Notes: generated by a model from the sequence alone, not told the origin. Positions 20,057-33,275 are shown, counted from the first letter of the stretch. The stretch is 64,000 nt of DNA from Candidatus Margulisiibacteriota bacterium (GCA_018822365.1 JAHJKL010000061.1:13242-77241); one strand, 5' to 3'. Translations and numbers: made by a program.

Positions 20057-21061
20057 ATGGAAGATATAAGAAGTAAAAGTTTTGAAGAAATAATCGAGAT
20101 TGGCAATAAGCTTGGACTTGCCCCATTCAAGGCCAGGGAGCTGTACCGCGCCGTTCATGGCAAAGGGAAAGAAAAAATATCCGAGCTCACGACCCTGCAA
20201 TTAGCCGAGCGAACCAGGCTTGAGAAAAAATATCAAATAATCGTACCCAAAGCCCTTCAGGTTAAAAAGGGGAACCGGACGATCAAGGCGGCTTTTGAGC
20301 TGGTTGACGGGAAAATTGTCGAAGCGGTCATGATGGATTACGAGGAGGAAAGAAAGACCGTTTGCCTCTCTTCGCAGGTCGGTTGTCCGATCGGCTGCTT
20401 GTTTTGTGCCACCGGTCGCGGAGGTTTTCGCCGGAATTTAACGCCGGGGGAAATAGTTTCCCAGGTTTACTTTTTTGCCAAAATGCACCAAATAACAAAT
20501 TTGGTCTTTATGGGGATGGGAGAGCCGTTCCTTAATTACCACAATGTGATGATCGCCGCTAAGAATCTCAACAACGACCTGGGGCTCAACATTGCCGCCC
20601 GCAAGATCGTTCTTTCAACGATCGGGATACCGGCCGGGATCAATCAACTGGCCAGGGAGCCGGGGCAATATCGCCTGGCCTGGTCGCTGGTCTCTCCATT
20701 TGACCATGACCGGCGCCAATTGGTCCCGTATCGCAGTCTTCCCTCGATCGCCACCGTGGTTGAGGCGATCGGCGACTATCAATCAAGAACGAACCGGCGG
20801 GTAACGATTGAATATGTGGTGCTAAGAGGGGTTAACGATCGGATGAAAGATATTAAGGAGATCATTGCCATTAGCCGGCACCTTGATTGTCATATTAATT
20901 TGATCCCATACAATGTAACGGTCGCTGGCAAATTTGAGACAGGAAATATTGAAAAGATGTACGCCGAACTAAGGAATGCCCATTTAAAAGTTACGGTGAG
21001 ACAAAGCCTGGGGGGAGATGTCAATGGGGCCTGTGGTCAATTAGCGGCTAAACTTCGTTAG
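20057..21061 (+). CDS. rlmN: 23S rRNA/tRNA m2A methyltransferase RlmN (radical SAM)
   Basis: Radical-SAM CxxxCxxC (GCPIGCLFCATG) and the conserved C-terminal Cys (GACGQL). Confidence 0.9.
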   Translation: MEDIRSKSFEEIIEIGNKLGLAPFKARELYRAVHGKGKEKISELTTLQLAERTRLEKKYQIIVPKALQVKKGNRTIKAAFELVDGKIVEAVMMDYEEERKTVCLSSQVGCPIGCLFCATGRGGFRRNLTPGEIVSQVYFFAKMHQITNLVFMGMGEPFLNYHNVMIAAKNLNNDLGLNIAARKIVLSTIGIPAGINQLAREPGQYRLAWSLVSPFDHDRRQLVPYRSLPSIATVVEAIGDYQSRTNRRVTIEYVVLRGVNDRMKDIKEIIAISRHLDCHINLIPYNVTVAGKFETGNIEKMYAELRNAHLKVTVRQSLGGDVNGACGQLAAKLR

Positions 21062-21825
21062 GTTTTGCGGAATAGTGTTCCAACTTTTTCCCCGTTGACG
21101 ACCGCGTTCACTGCGTTTTTCCGTCGGCCGCTTACAATTGCCATATCGATCCCAGACTTGAAGCAGATCTCAGCAGCCTGAAGCTTGGTGACCATGCCGC
21201 CTGTCCCCACTTTGGTTGTTGGGTTGCCGGCCGCTTTGCGCACCGAGGCGGTTAGCTTGTTGATCTCCGGAACGATAGCAGAATTGCCGTGATCGTCATT
21301 CATGTAAAAGCCGTCAACATCAGTTAGCAGGCAAAGCAGGTCGGCGCCGATCATTTGGGCGGTTAAAGCGGCAAGGTTGTCATTGTCGCCGAATTTAATT
21401 TCATCAATTGAGACGGAGTCGTTCTCGTTAACTATCGGGACAACCTTTTCGGCCAACAAGGTTTGCAGGCAATGGCGGGAATTTTCGCGCCTTTTACGGT
21501 TGGTGACGACATCGCTGGTCAAAAGGATCTGGGCGACAGTGATGCCAAACCCTTCAAAAGCCTTTTCATACTGGCGCATCAGGCGGGATTGGCCAACGGC
21601 TGCGGCCGCTTGCTTCTCCGGGATCGATCTCGGTTGTCCCAGGTTCAATTTTTCCAGGCCGGTTATAATTGCTCCAGAAGTAACAATGACCAGTTTCTTT
21701 CCTTGTTCAATAAGTGAGGAGGTTTCGGCAACAATTCGCTTTAAGTTGCCATGGTCAAGCTTCCCTTCGGAAGTGGTGAGGGTGCTGGAGCCGATCTTGA
21801 TGACTATTAAATTATAGTTCGCCAT
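21058..21825 (-). CDS. proB: glutamate 5-kinase (short form without PUA domain)
   Basis: Amino-acid kinase fold (VIKIGSSTLT, GNGAIITG-like motifs). Its stop overlaps the rlmN stop (TTAG). Confidence 0.9.
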   Translation of the reverse strand: MANYNLIVIKIGSSTLTTSEGKLDHGNLKRIVAETSSLIEQGKKLVIVTSGAIITGLEKLNLGQPRSIPEKQAAAAVGQSRLMRQYEKAFEGFGITVAQILLTSDVVTNRKRRENSRHCLQTLLAEKVVPIVNENDSVSIDEIKFGDNDNLAALTAQMIGADLLCLLTDVDGFYMNDDHGNSAIVPEINKLTASVRKAAGNPTTKVGTGGMVTKLQAAEICFKSGIDMAIVSGRRKNAVNAVVNGEKVGTLFRKT

Positions 21826-22071
21826 TTAGGCTTGGGGAACAACGCTGACTCTCTTGCCGGTCTCAAAAACGACTTTGCCGGTAACCTTGGCGAAAAGAGT
21901 AAAATCAGAACCGATGCCGACATTGGTGCCGGGATAAAATGTGCTGCCGTGCTGGCGGACAATAATGCTGCCGGCCGGAATAACCTGGCTGCCAAAGGAT
22001 TTGATCCCAAGGCGCTGGCCTTTTGAATCTCTGCCGTTCCTGGACGCTCCCCCTGCTTTTTTATGCGCCAT
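21826..22071 (-). CDS. rpmA: 50S ribosomal protein L27
   Basis: [24 protein letters not shown]. The ORF-track start is an upstream artefact; the true start is the internal ATG. Confidence 0.9.
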   Translation of the reverse strand: MAHKKAGGASRNGRDSKGQRLGIKSFGSQVIPAGSIIVRQHGSTFYPGTNVGIGSDFTLFAKVTGKVVFETGKRVSVVPQA

Positions 22072-22372
22072 GCTTGATCTCCTCGACTTGAATTCTGGTG
22101 TATGGCTGCCGGTGACCAATGGTTCGGTGGTAGTTTGTCTTGCGTTTATACTTAAAAGTGGTGACTTTATTATCTTTGCCAGTTCCAACGACCTTGGCCA
22201 GGACCGAAGCCCCTTTGACGTGTGGTGTCCCAACCGAGACTTTATCCCCATCTACGACCAGCAGAACATCTTTAAAGGTGACCTGGCTCTGGTTATCGAT
22301 CAATTCGATCTCCATGATGTCCCCTTTGGTTACCTTGTATTGTTTGCCACCAGTTTGAATAATAGCGTACAT
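22061..22372 (-). CDS. rplU: 50S ribosomal protein L21
   Basis: [15 protein letters not shown]21 signature. Confidence 0.9.
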   Translation of the reverse strand: MYAIIQTGGKQYKVTKGDIMEIELIDNQSQVTFKDVLLVVDGDKVSVGTPHVKGASVLAKVVGTGKDNKVTTFKYKRKTNYHRTIGHRQPYTRIQVEEIKHGA

Positions 22373-22382
22373 AACCCTGACA

Positions 22383-22682
22383 TTATAGCAGATTTGCCCC
22401 TAGTACCGCAAGTCCCTTTGGGAGCTGGCGGTTCAGGCGGGTCATGATTTCATCCGGCGGCATGGGAACGGCCAGCTGGAGCTCAGCTGTTTCACCTTCC
22501 GATGAGGCGCCGACCTTAAGGGCCTGGCCCCAGGAGATCTTCATTCTGGGGTTAAAACCCTGCGAATAGGCGATGGGGATCTCCGCCCGGCGGATCGCCC
22601 GGCCAAAGGCTCGGATCAAATCGCGGTGGGAGATGTATTTGACCTCTTCCCCTTTGCGATATTTAATTTGGATTCGCGGCAT
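22383..22682 (-). CDS. DUF2344 (TIGR03936-type) protein
   Basis: Small protein found fused to or beside the TIGR03960 radical SAM protein. It overlaps the upstream gene by 20 nt. Confidence 0.65.
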   Translation of the reverse strand: MPRIQIKYRKGEEVKYISHRDLIRAFGRAIRRAEIPIAYSQGFNPRMKISWGQALKVGASSEGETAELQLAVPMPPDEIMTRLNRQLPKGLAVLGANLL

Positions 22683-24333
22683 TGGCTAACATCTCCTTGC
22701 TGATCCCGGTTTCGATGTAATCCCAGGGGAGGTCTTCGTCTTTGTTTCGCTCGCGCAGGTAAGCGGCTGGGTCGATCCCGCAGTCGGCAAAGGCTTTGAG
22801 CCAGCGGTCAAAATCAAAATTCTCCGACCAGGCGTCGAGCCGCGCTCCCAGCTCCCACGCTTTTTCGATGACCGGCAGGAGCCTGGCGTCCCCCCGGGAA
22901 AAGACCCCTTCCAGGAACGAGGCTTCCGCCTGGTGCCAGCGGACGTCTATGAACTTTTGGCGAATGCTTTCCTTAATTAAACGCTGTTTTTGCAGGGTTT
23001 CATTGATCGTGATCTGCCTCTCCCACTGGAAAGGGGTATGCGGCTTTGGGATAAAAGTCGATAAATTGACCGTGACCCTGACCCGGCGGGTATGACAGCG
23101 CCCGACTTCAAAGATCTTGCGGGCGAGCTGGCCGATCCCCAGCAGGTCTTCTTCGGTTTCGGTCGGCAAGCCGATCATAAAGTAGAGCTTGACCGCTTCG
23201 ATCCCGCTTGCAAAGACCGCCTGGACGCTTTCCATTATATTTTCCTCAGTCATTTTTTTGCCAATATAGTCGCGCAGGCGCTGGCTCCCTGCTTCCGGAG
23301 CGATAGTGATACTGCTGGAGCGGACCCGGGCGACCTGGTGGGCCAGTTTAACCGAAAAGGAGTTGGTTCTCATGGAGGGGAGGGCAATATTGACCCGCCG
23401 TTTTTCGTTCCGGTTTGCCAGCTCTTTGGCGAGCGCCTCGATCTGGCTGTGGTCACTACTGGAGAGAGAAATAAGGGAGAGCTCTTCGTACCCGGTATTC
23501 TTAACAAGCTCTTCTGCTTGTTGGATCAGAGTTTCCAGTTTCTTTTCCCTGACCGGGCGGGTCGTCCAGCCGGCCTGGCAAAATTTGCACCCCCATTTGC
23601 ACCCCCGCATAATTTCGATTACCGCGCGGTCGTGGACCGGTTCGGTAAAAGGGATGATCGGGGAGAGGGGATAGGGAACAGCGTCCAGATCATTTACGTG
23701 CCGTTTTTTTACCGACCGGCTAATGCCGGGAACATAAACCCCTTCAATGGTTGATAAAGCTTTTAATATCTCATTCCTGACTGGTCCCTGTCCCTTGGTC
23801 CCTTTGACCTTCTCTATTATTTCCACAATTGCCTCTTCCGCTTCGCCGATGACGATGAAATCAAAGATGTCGATGACCGGTTCCGGGTTAAAAAGGCTAG
23901 GGCCGCCGGCAAAGACCAACGGATCTGTTTCTCCCCTTTCCGTTCGGTGGAGCGGGACCCGGCCAAGTTTAAGCATATTAACGACATTGGTATAATTAAG
24001 CTCATAGCCTAGGCTAAAACCGATCAAGTTGAATCCGCTCAGTGGTTTCCAGGCTTCCAGCGAGAAGAGCGGCAACCTGTTAGCTGATAAGGCCGCTTCC
24101 ATGTCACCCCAGGGAGCGAAGACCCGTTCAGCGATGACGTCGGCCCTGGCATTAAGAATATGATAGAGGATCTGGACCGCCAGGTTAGACATCCCTATCT
24201 CGTAGAGATCCGGATAGGCGATGGCGACTTTTAATTGGTCTTGCCATTCTTTATGAACGGCGTTGATCTCGTTACCGATGTAACGGGATGGCCGCAAAAC
24301 TGTGGGGAGGATGGCCTCAATTAATTCGCGCAT
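22663..24333 (-). CDS. B12-binding-domain radical SAM protein (TIGR03960 family)
   Basis: N-terminal B12-like domain, radical-SAM cluster motif (MRGCKWGCKFCQAG), 556 aa. Confidence 0.8.
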   Translation of the reverse strand: MRELIEAILPTVLRPSRYIGNEINAVHKEWQDQLKVAIAYPDLYEIGMSNLAVQILYHILNARADVIAERVFAPWGDMEAALSANRLPLFSLEAWKPLSGFNLIGFSLGYELNYTNVVNMLKLGRVPLHRTERGETDPLVFAGGPSLFNPEPVIDIFDFIVIGEAEEAIVEIIEKVKGTKGQGPVRNEILKALSTIEGVYVPGISRSVKKRHVNDLDAVPYPLSPIIPFTEPVHDRAVIEIMRGCKWGCKFCQAGWTTRPVREKKLETLIQQAEELVKNTGYEELSLISLSSSDHSQIEALAKELANRNEKRRVNIALPSMRTNSFSVKLAHQVARVRSSSITIAPEAGSQRLRDYIGKKMTEENIMESVQAVFASGIEAVKLYFMIGLPTETEEDLLGIGQLARKIFEVGRCHTRRVRVTVNLSTFIPKPHTPFQWERQITINETLQKQRLIKESIRQKFIDVRWHQAEASFLEGVFSRGDARLLPVIEKAWELGARLDAWSENFDFDRWLKAFADCGIDPAAYLRERNKDEDLPWDYIETGISKEMLANAANPN

Positions 24334-26778
24334 CTACTTAACCACAAGGTTCAGCATCTTGCCGGGAATGTAGATGACTTTGACAACCTGTTTGCCGCTA
24401 GTAAAAGAGGCGACTTTCTCGCTTTTATCGGCGGCCGCCTTGACCTCATCTTCGCTTGCCTCGGCTGGCACGACAATTGTATCGCGGAGTTTGCCATTGA
24501 CCTGGATCGGGATGGTCATTTCGTTCTCTTTGACCAGTTCTGGGTCATATTTTGGCCAAGGCTGTTTATGGATCGACTCTTTATTCCCCAGCTGATGCCA
24601 GAGTTCTTCAGTCAGATGCGGCGCGAATGGGGAGAGGAGGAGTAGCAAAGCTTTTGACCCCTCTTGAGTTGAGCCGAATTCGTACATTGTATTGGTCAAT
24701 TCCATTAACTTGGCGATCGCCGTATTAAAAGAAAAACAATCGATATCTTTAGTCACCCCTTTGATGGTTTGGTGGGTTTTGCGGGTTACAGCCCTCACCC
24801 CGTCCTCGCTTTGCTCGGACACCCCTCTCCCTGAGGGAGAGGGGACGGGGGTGAGGGTTAGTTGAACCAATCTCCAGACTCTATTTAAAAAACGATAACT
24901 CCCCTCAACCCCGGCATCTGACCATTCGAGCTCTTTTTCAGGGGGGGAAGCGAAGAGAATAAAAAGCCGGGCGGTATCGGCGCCGTATTTTTCCACGATG
25001 TAATCGGGATCGATGACGTTCCCTTTGGACTTGCTCATCTTGGCGCCGTCTTTGACGACCATCCCCTGGGTCAGAAGGTTGGTGAACGGTTCGTTGGTTG
25101 GCGCCCAACCGGCGTCAAACAGGACCTTAGTAAAAAACCGGGAATACAGGAGGTGGAGGATTGCATGTTCAATTCCGCCGATATATTGGTTGACCGGCAA
25201 CCACCGTTTGGCTTTTTCCTTACTGAATGGCTCCTGGCTATTGCGCGGGTCGCTGTAGCGGAGGTAGTACCAGGAGGAGCAATTGAAGGTGTCGAGCGTA
25301 TCGGTCTCGCGGCGAGATGGGCCGCCACATTTAGGGCAGTTAACCTCCAGGAATGATTTGGATTGGGTGAGTGGCGAGGCCCCTTCGCCAGTGAACTTTA
25401 CGTCCATCGGAAGCTTGACTGGGAGCTCGGTTTCAGGAACAGGGACCGTCCCGCACTTCTCACAATAGATAATGGGAATCGGAGCTCCCCAGTAGCGCTG
25501 CCGCGAGACGAGCCAGTCGCGGAGTTTGTATTTGGTTTGCCAGGCGCCGAACTTGTCGCCGATCTTATCGAGCGCTTCATCGCTCGGAAGGCCGTTAAAT
25601 TCGCCGGAGTTGACCATGAGCCCTTCTTCGACAAAGGCCGCTTTCATCTCCTCGGTTTTAAGATCCGCGTTTAGAGGTTTAATGACCGGCTTCATTGGTA
25701 GCTTGTGGGTTTTGGCAAACTCAAAATCTCGCTGGTCGTGGGTCGGGACTGCCATAACAGCGCCAGTTCCATATTCCATCAGGACATAGTCGGCAAGCCA
25801 GATTGGGACCTGCTCGCCGGTTGCGGGGTTGATGGCGTAGCCGCCGGTAAAGACCCCGTCCTTGCCGGTCGAGACCGCCCGTTCATGGGTGCTTTCGTGT
25901 TTTACTTTTTCGATGTAGTCGCGGACCGCTTTTTCCTGTGCCGTCCCTTTTGCCAATTCCAGAGCGAGGGGATGTTCGGGCGCCAGGACCATGTAAGTGA
26001 CGCCAAATAGGGTGTCGGGCCTGGTGGTATAAATTGTTAGAACCTGCGGCTGAACGCCGCGGTTATCTTTGACCTTAAAATTGATTTCCACGCCTTCACT
26101 TTTCCCGATCCAATTCCTTTGCATGATCTTGACCGGTTCCGGCCAGCCGGTCAGTTTTTCCAGGTCGGCAAGGAGCCGATCGGCGTAGGCGGTGATTTTA
26201 AAGAACCATTGCTCAAGGTTGCGTTGTTCAACGGTTGAATCACAACGCCAGCATTTATCCTCTTTCACAACCTGTTCATTGGCGAGGACGGTGTTGCATT
26301 TGGGGCACCAGTTGACGACCGCCTTTTTTCGGTAGGCAAGCCCTTTCTGATACATTAAGAGGAAAATCCACTGGGTCCATTTATAATATTCCTCACTGCT
26401 GGTGTTAACTTCCCGCTCCCAATCATAGCTAATACCCAGTTTTTTGAGCTGGACGGTCATTCGCTCAATGCATTTTTCGGTCCAGGGCTTAGGGTGGGTT
26501 TGGTGTTTGATGGCGGCGTTTTCGGCCGGCATGCCGAAAGCGTCCCAGCCAATAGGGTGGAGGACCGCAAAACCGTTCATCCGCTTGAAGCGGGCGACAA
26601 TGTCGCCGATGGCGTAATTGCGGACGTGTCCCATATGGAGGTTCCCCGAAGGGTAGGGGAACATCACCAGATCGTAAAACTTAGGCTTATCGGTCCCTTC
26701 CGGGGTTTGGTAAAGCCTGGCTTTAGCCCATTCCTCCTGCCATTTGGATTCAAGCTGCGCGGGGAGATAGTCGCTCAT
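24334..26778 (-). CDS. leuS: leucine--tRNA ligase
   Basis: HMGH and KMSKS motifs, editing domain, 814 aa. Confidence 0.95.
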   Translation of the reverse strand: MSDYLPAQLESKWQEEWAKARLYQTPEGTDKPKFYDLVMFPYPSGNLHMGHVRNYAIGDIVARFKRMNGFAVLHPIGWDAFGMPAENAAIKHQTHPKPWTEKCIERMTVQLKKLGISYDWEREVNTSSEEYYKWTQWIFLLMYQKGLAYRKKAVVNWCPKCNTVLANEQVVKEDKCWRCDSTVEQRNLEQWFFKITAYADRLLADLEKLTGWPEPVKIMQRNWIGKSEGVEINFKVKDNRGVQPQVLTIYTTRPDTLFGVTYMVLAPEHPLALELAKGTAQEKAVRDYIEKVKHESTHERAVSTGKDGVFTGGYAINPATGEQVPIWLADYVLMEYGTGAVMAVPTHDQRDFEFAKTHKLPMKPVIKPLNADLKTEEMKAAFVEEGLMVNSGEFNGLPSDEALDKIGDKFGAWQTKYKLRDWLVSRQRYWGAPIPIIYCEKCGTVPVPETELPVKLPMDVKFTGEGASPLTQSKSFLEVNCPKCGGPSRRETDTLDTFNCSSWYYLRYSDPRNSQEPFSKEKAKRWLPVNQYIGGIEHAILHLLYSRFFTKVLFDAGWAPTNEPFTNLLTQGMVVKDGAKMSKSKGNVIDPDYIVEKYGADTARLFILFASPPEKELEWSDAGVEGSYRFLNRVWRLVQLTLTPVPSPSGRGVSEQSEDGVRAVTRKTHQTIKGVTKDIDCFSFNTAIAKLMELTNTMYEFGSTQEGSKALLLLLSPFAPHLTEELWHQLGNKESIHKQPWPKYDPELVKENEMTIPIQVNGKLRDTIVVPAEASEDEVKAAADKSEKVASFTSGKQVVKVIYIPGKMLNLVVK

Positions 26779-26824
26779 AAATACAATTTTAACATATTTA
26801 TTGATGAAGATTAGAGTTTTTTAA

Positions 26825-27585
26825 CTATTGAACAGCTTCAATGATGATGTAAGGGGTTCCCATTCCGCTTTCTAATCCTTCATAGCGGAGAAAGTCGTGT
26901 GGCTTCTCTTTGGTGAACCAAAAATATGTTTTAGGTACGAAGGCGCCGAAAATGTTCAAAGCCCCAAGGTCCGGGATCATCTGGATCTTGTGGGCGGCTA
27001 TCTCTTTGCCGTTGATTGTGACCGGCTCTTCACCAATATACTTAATGGTCATCGGATAGATCTTGGGTTCGTTGGTCAGCAGGTGGAAAATGAGGTCCCG
27101 TTTTTCTTTGAAGGGATAGTTGGCCAGGGCAAGTCCAAGCAATTCTTTGTCTATTAGGTCGCCTTGCAGATCATAAAGTGTTTCTTTGTTGTTTTCGCGG
27201 AAAAGGACCTTTTTTTGCGCCAGGTCAAATGACTTTTCGATCGTTTCCAGAATTTTGCCATCAGGCGACTTGTAAACCAGCTTGCCCTGATAGGGGATCA
27301 CGCTTGTTTTGTCGTGAATATAATAGGCGCGCGAACTCCAGCTTTTCTCTTTGTGGTCTTGCCCGTATATACCGGAACCATCTTCGGTAATATAAATAAA
27401 ATCTTTCCCCTTATCGGAAAGCCTAGCAACTTTAATTGTCGCGCGCCAGAGGAGCTTGCCGCTTGCTTTGTCTCTGGCCTGGTTCTTTTTTGTTTCTAGG
27501 AGGAGATTTTTATATTCAAAGAGTTCCGCTCCAGCCGCGGCCGACAGCCACAAAAAAAGCATTAACAGCGTGGCTAATATTTTCA

Positions 27586-27586
<1 letters not shown>
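26825..27586 (-). CDS. secreted hypothetical protein (DUF3108-like)
   Basis: Signal peptide followed by a predicted beta-rich fold. Weak resemblance to DUF3108. Confidence 0.35.
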
Positions 27587-30471
<2,885 letters not shown>

Positions 30472-30543
30472 ATTATTTTTTCCTTTCGATCTGTTTTAAT
30501 TGATGTCTTTTCGATTATAGTCGATAGGGCCATTTGCCGCAAC

Positions 30544-30840
30544 TCAGTCAAGCAATTCCTGGAACATTTTATCAATTTCAATGTCAAAACATTCGGCGAC
30601 CGTGAACAATGCTTTTACTCCAGCCAGGGTCAGGTTCATTTCGCCAATTAAATTGGAGATCTTTCTGACCATGGCCAGGTCGCTCTGCGAATAAAGCCGG
30701 TAGTTCTTGGGGGTCCGCTTCGGCTGGATCAACCCTTCTTCTTCGTAAATTCGCAAGGTCCGCGGGTGGCAGCCGACCAATTCAGCCGCGATGTGAATTG
30801 TGTAGACCGGTTTGTCGCTATCGTGAAGCCAACGGTACAA
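30544..30840 (-). CDS. hspR: MerR-family heat-shock regulator (HspR-like)
   Basis: MerR HTH (YTIHIAAELVGCHPRTLRIYEEEGLIQPKRT..YRLYS). TTG start with AAGGAGG 7 nt upstream. It lies directly upstream of clpC. Confidence 0.75.
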   Translation of the reverse strand: MYRWLHDSDKPVYTIHIAAELVGCHPRTLRIYEEEGLIQPKRTPKNYRLYSQSDLAMVRKISNLIGEMNLTLAGVKALFTVAECFDIEIDKMFQELLD

Positions 30841-30887
30841 ATATACACCTCCTTGGCGTTAAGACTACCAACGAAGGCAGTATAAAC

Positions 30888-30908
30888 CTTGACACAAACA
30901 GTGTCAAG
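30888..30908. promoter_or_regulatory. HAIR-like inverted repeat (CTTGACA-N7-TGTCAAG) overlapping the hspR-clpC promoter
   Basis: Perfect 7-N7-7 palindrome. Its half-site supplies the -35 TTGACA of a minus-strand promoter, with a 17-nt spacer to TATACT. The spacing matches the HspR HAIR element (CTTGAGT-N7-ACTCAAG). Confidence 0.55.
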
Positions 30909-30933
30909 GATAATGCCGAGAGTGGAATAGGTA

Positions 30934-30957
30934 AACCGCGGAATTAATTCCGCGGTT
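30934..30957. promoter_or_regulatory. 24-bp perfect palindrome AACCGCGGAATT|AATTCCGCGGTT
   Basis: Seen directly. It lies about 25 nt upstream of the extended -10 (TGTATAAT, 30983-30990) of dusB. Confidence 0.5.
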
Positions 30958-30999
30958 AAAGCAAAAAAGCTCAAATATTTGATGTATAATAAAGGTTAT

Positions 31000-31962
31000 A
31001 TGGTGATAATAGGCTCGGTAAATATCGGGAAGACCATTTTGGCCCCCCTGGCAGGTTGTTCTGACCTGCCGTTCCGCTTGATCTGCAGAGAGCATGGGGC
31101 GAGACTTGCTTTTTACGAGATGATTGATTGTAACTCCCTCCTTCACCATTCCCGTAAAACCGGGGAACTTCTCCAAACAACCGATACCGATCAGCCAATA
31201 GCCGCTCAGTTAATCGGGGGCGACGCTGACGATATGGCCAGGGCGGCCAAGATCCTGATAGGCATGATCAGGCCTCCCTTTCTTGATATTAACGCCGCTT
31301 GTCCGGTCAAAAAGATGATGAAGAAGGGGTCGGGGGCCAATCTGTTGCGTGAACCGTTAACCTTGTATAGCATAGTCAGGAAGGTTGCCGCCGCGGTTGA
31401 TATTCCGGTCACGGTCAAGCTAAGAATCGGTTATGATAAAAAGGATCACAAACGGATCGCGGCGATTGCCAGGAACTGCGAGAAGAACGGGGCGGCGGCG
31501 CTCTTTGTCCATGGCCGGACCAAAAGCCAGCTTTATTCGGGCGATGTCGATTACGGCGCGATCAAGGCGGTCAAAGAGGCGGTGACCATTCCGGTGTTTG
31601 GCTCAGGAAATGTCTTTACCCCTGAATTAGCGGCAAAGATGCTGGCGACTGGGTGTGATGGAGTAATGGTCGCTCGGGGGGCTTTTGGCAACCCCTGGAT
31701 TTTCCAACAAATAGAGCAGTATTTGGATGGTCAGGCGGCGGAGCTTCCATCATTAGCGGAGAGACGGGCAGTCTTGAAACAGCACTTGGCCTATACCCTT
31801 GAATATCGGGGCAAATACAAAAATAACCTGATCGGGTTGATGCGCAAGGTTGCGATCTGGTACTTGAAATCATTCCCTAATGCGGCGGCGGCCCGCGGCA
31901 GAGTCACAGAGGCGAAAAACTATCCGGAATTGCTGGAGACGATCGACCGGTTCTTAACATGA
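31000..31962 (+). CDS. dusB: tRNA-dihydrouridine synthase B
   Basis: Dus TIM-barrel with FMN-binding motifs. The ORF-track TTG start at 30979 lies within the promoter, so the ATG at 31000 is preferred. Confidence 0.85.
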   Translation: MVIIGSVNIGKTILAPLAGCSDLPFRLICREHGARLAFYEMIDCNSLLHHSRKTGELLQTTDTDQPIAAQLIGGDADDMARAAKILIGMIRPPFLDINAACPVKKMMKKGSGANLLREPLTLYSIVRKVAAAVDIPVTVKLRIGYDKKDHKRIAAIARNCEKNGAAALFVHGRTKSQLYSGDVDYGAIKAVKEAVTIPVFGSGNVFTPELAAKMLATGCDGVMVARGAFGNPWIFQQIEQYLDGQAAELPSLAERRAVLKQHLAYTLEYRGKYKNNLIGLMRKVAIWYLKSFPNAAAARGRVTEAKNYPELLETIDRFLT

Positions 31963-33275
31963 GCGAGAAAGTTTTAACGATCGGCCAATTGAACCAAGTC
32001 GTCAAGATGTACCTCAAAGACCTTGTCCCCGAAGGGCTTTGGGTCAAAGGGGAGGTTCTTGATTATAAATTAGCAGATGGAGGACGTTATAGCAGGTTTA
32101 TTCTTTGTGAAAAAGAAGCCGAATCAAACACGGTCATTGCTGAAATATTGGTGATGTGCTGGAAAAATGAATTGTTATTGGTTAATCAAAAATTAAAAGA
32201 TATTGGCCAGGATAAAGGGTTAGAAAATGGAATTATTGTTCAATTAAAATGTTCGGCTGACTTTTGGGTTGCAAAAGGAAGAACCCAATTAATTGTGAAA
32301 GATATCGAGCCGAGCGTGACGGTCGGGGAACTCCATCTTCTCCGCCTTAAAATCTATCAAGAGCTGGTCGCCCTCGGTGTCCAGGACCAAAACAAACATC
32401 TGCCGATCCCGCTTTGCCCGCTCCGGGTCGCCTTGATCACCGCCAAGGGGTGCGCCGGTTATAACGATTTTATCCACGAGCTCTGGAGCGCCCGTTATCC
32501 TTTTAAGATCGACCTCTACGATTCGGCGGTCCAGGGGGAGCGGGTCGAGCAAGAAGTATCCGCCGCCCTAAAAACGATCGCCCGCCGGAGCGGCGAATAT
32601 GACGTAATTGTTATTGTGCGTGGCGGCGGCGCGGTGACTGACTTGAAGTGGTTTGATAATAAAGCTATCGGTCTGGCGATTGCTCACTCTCCCTTACCGG
32701 TTTTGACCGGGATAGGTCACGAGATCAACCTGTCGCTGGCTGATATGGTTGCTTACTCAAACTTTAAGACCCCGACCGCTGCAGCGACTTTCCTGATAGA
32801 GAAAGTTAGGTGGTTCGAAGTAACGGTTGATGGGCTGGTCGAGGGAATAAACCAGTCGGCAGCGCTGATCTTAAGAGAGGACCGAAATGCATTGCGATCT
32901 TTGATCCGGGAGATCAAGGGGGAAGCCGAACAATATCATCTCAGACGGAGAGTTGCGATCGAAAATATTTCTAAAAATATGTTAACGGCCGGACTGGCAG
33001 CGATCAAACAGCAAGAAACCAGCCTGAACCATCTGGCGGAGAAGATCGCTCTTTTTGAACCGAAAAACACCATGAAGTTGGGCTATAGCATTACCAGGGG
33101 AGGTGATGGGCGGGTTTTGCGGCAAATTGGACAAGTAAAAGTTGGCGAGCAATTAACGACCCAATTGGTCGATGGTAAAATAATCAGCAATGTTGGATCA
33201 AAGGAGAAGGAAAATGGGAGCCAAAAAAGCGAAATACCAAAAATCGTTCGAGAGCCTGGAAAAGATCTACGCTGA
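31959..33275 (+). CDS. xseA: exodeoxyribonuclease VII large subunit
   Basis: N-terminal OB fold, catalytic domain and C-terminal coiled coil. Its start overlaps the dusB stop. Confidence 0.9.
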   Translation: MSEKVLTIGQLNQVVKMYLKDLVPEGLWVKGEVLDYKLADGGRYSRFILCEKEAESNTVIAEILVMCWKNELLLVNQKLKDIGQDKGLENGIIVQLKCSADFWVAKGRTQLIVKDIEPSVTVGELHLLRLKIYQELVALGVQDQNKHLPIPLCPLRVALITAKGCAGYNDFIHELWSARYPFKIDLYDSAVQGERVEQEVSAALKTIARRSGEYDVIVIVRGGGAVTDLKWFDNKAIGLAIAHSPLPVLTGIGHEINLSLADMVAYSNFKTPTAAATFLIEKVRWFEVTVDGLVEGINQSAALILREDRNALRSLIREIKGEAEQYHLRRRVAIENISKNMLTAGLAAIKQQETSLNHLAEKIALFEPKNTMKLGYSITRGGDGRVLRQIGQVKVGEQLTTQLVDGKIISNVGSKEKENGSQKSEIPKIVREPGKDLR

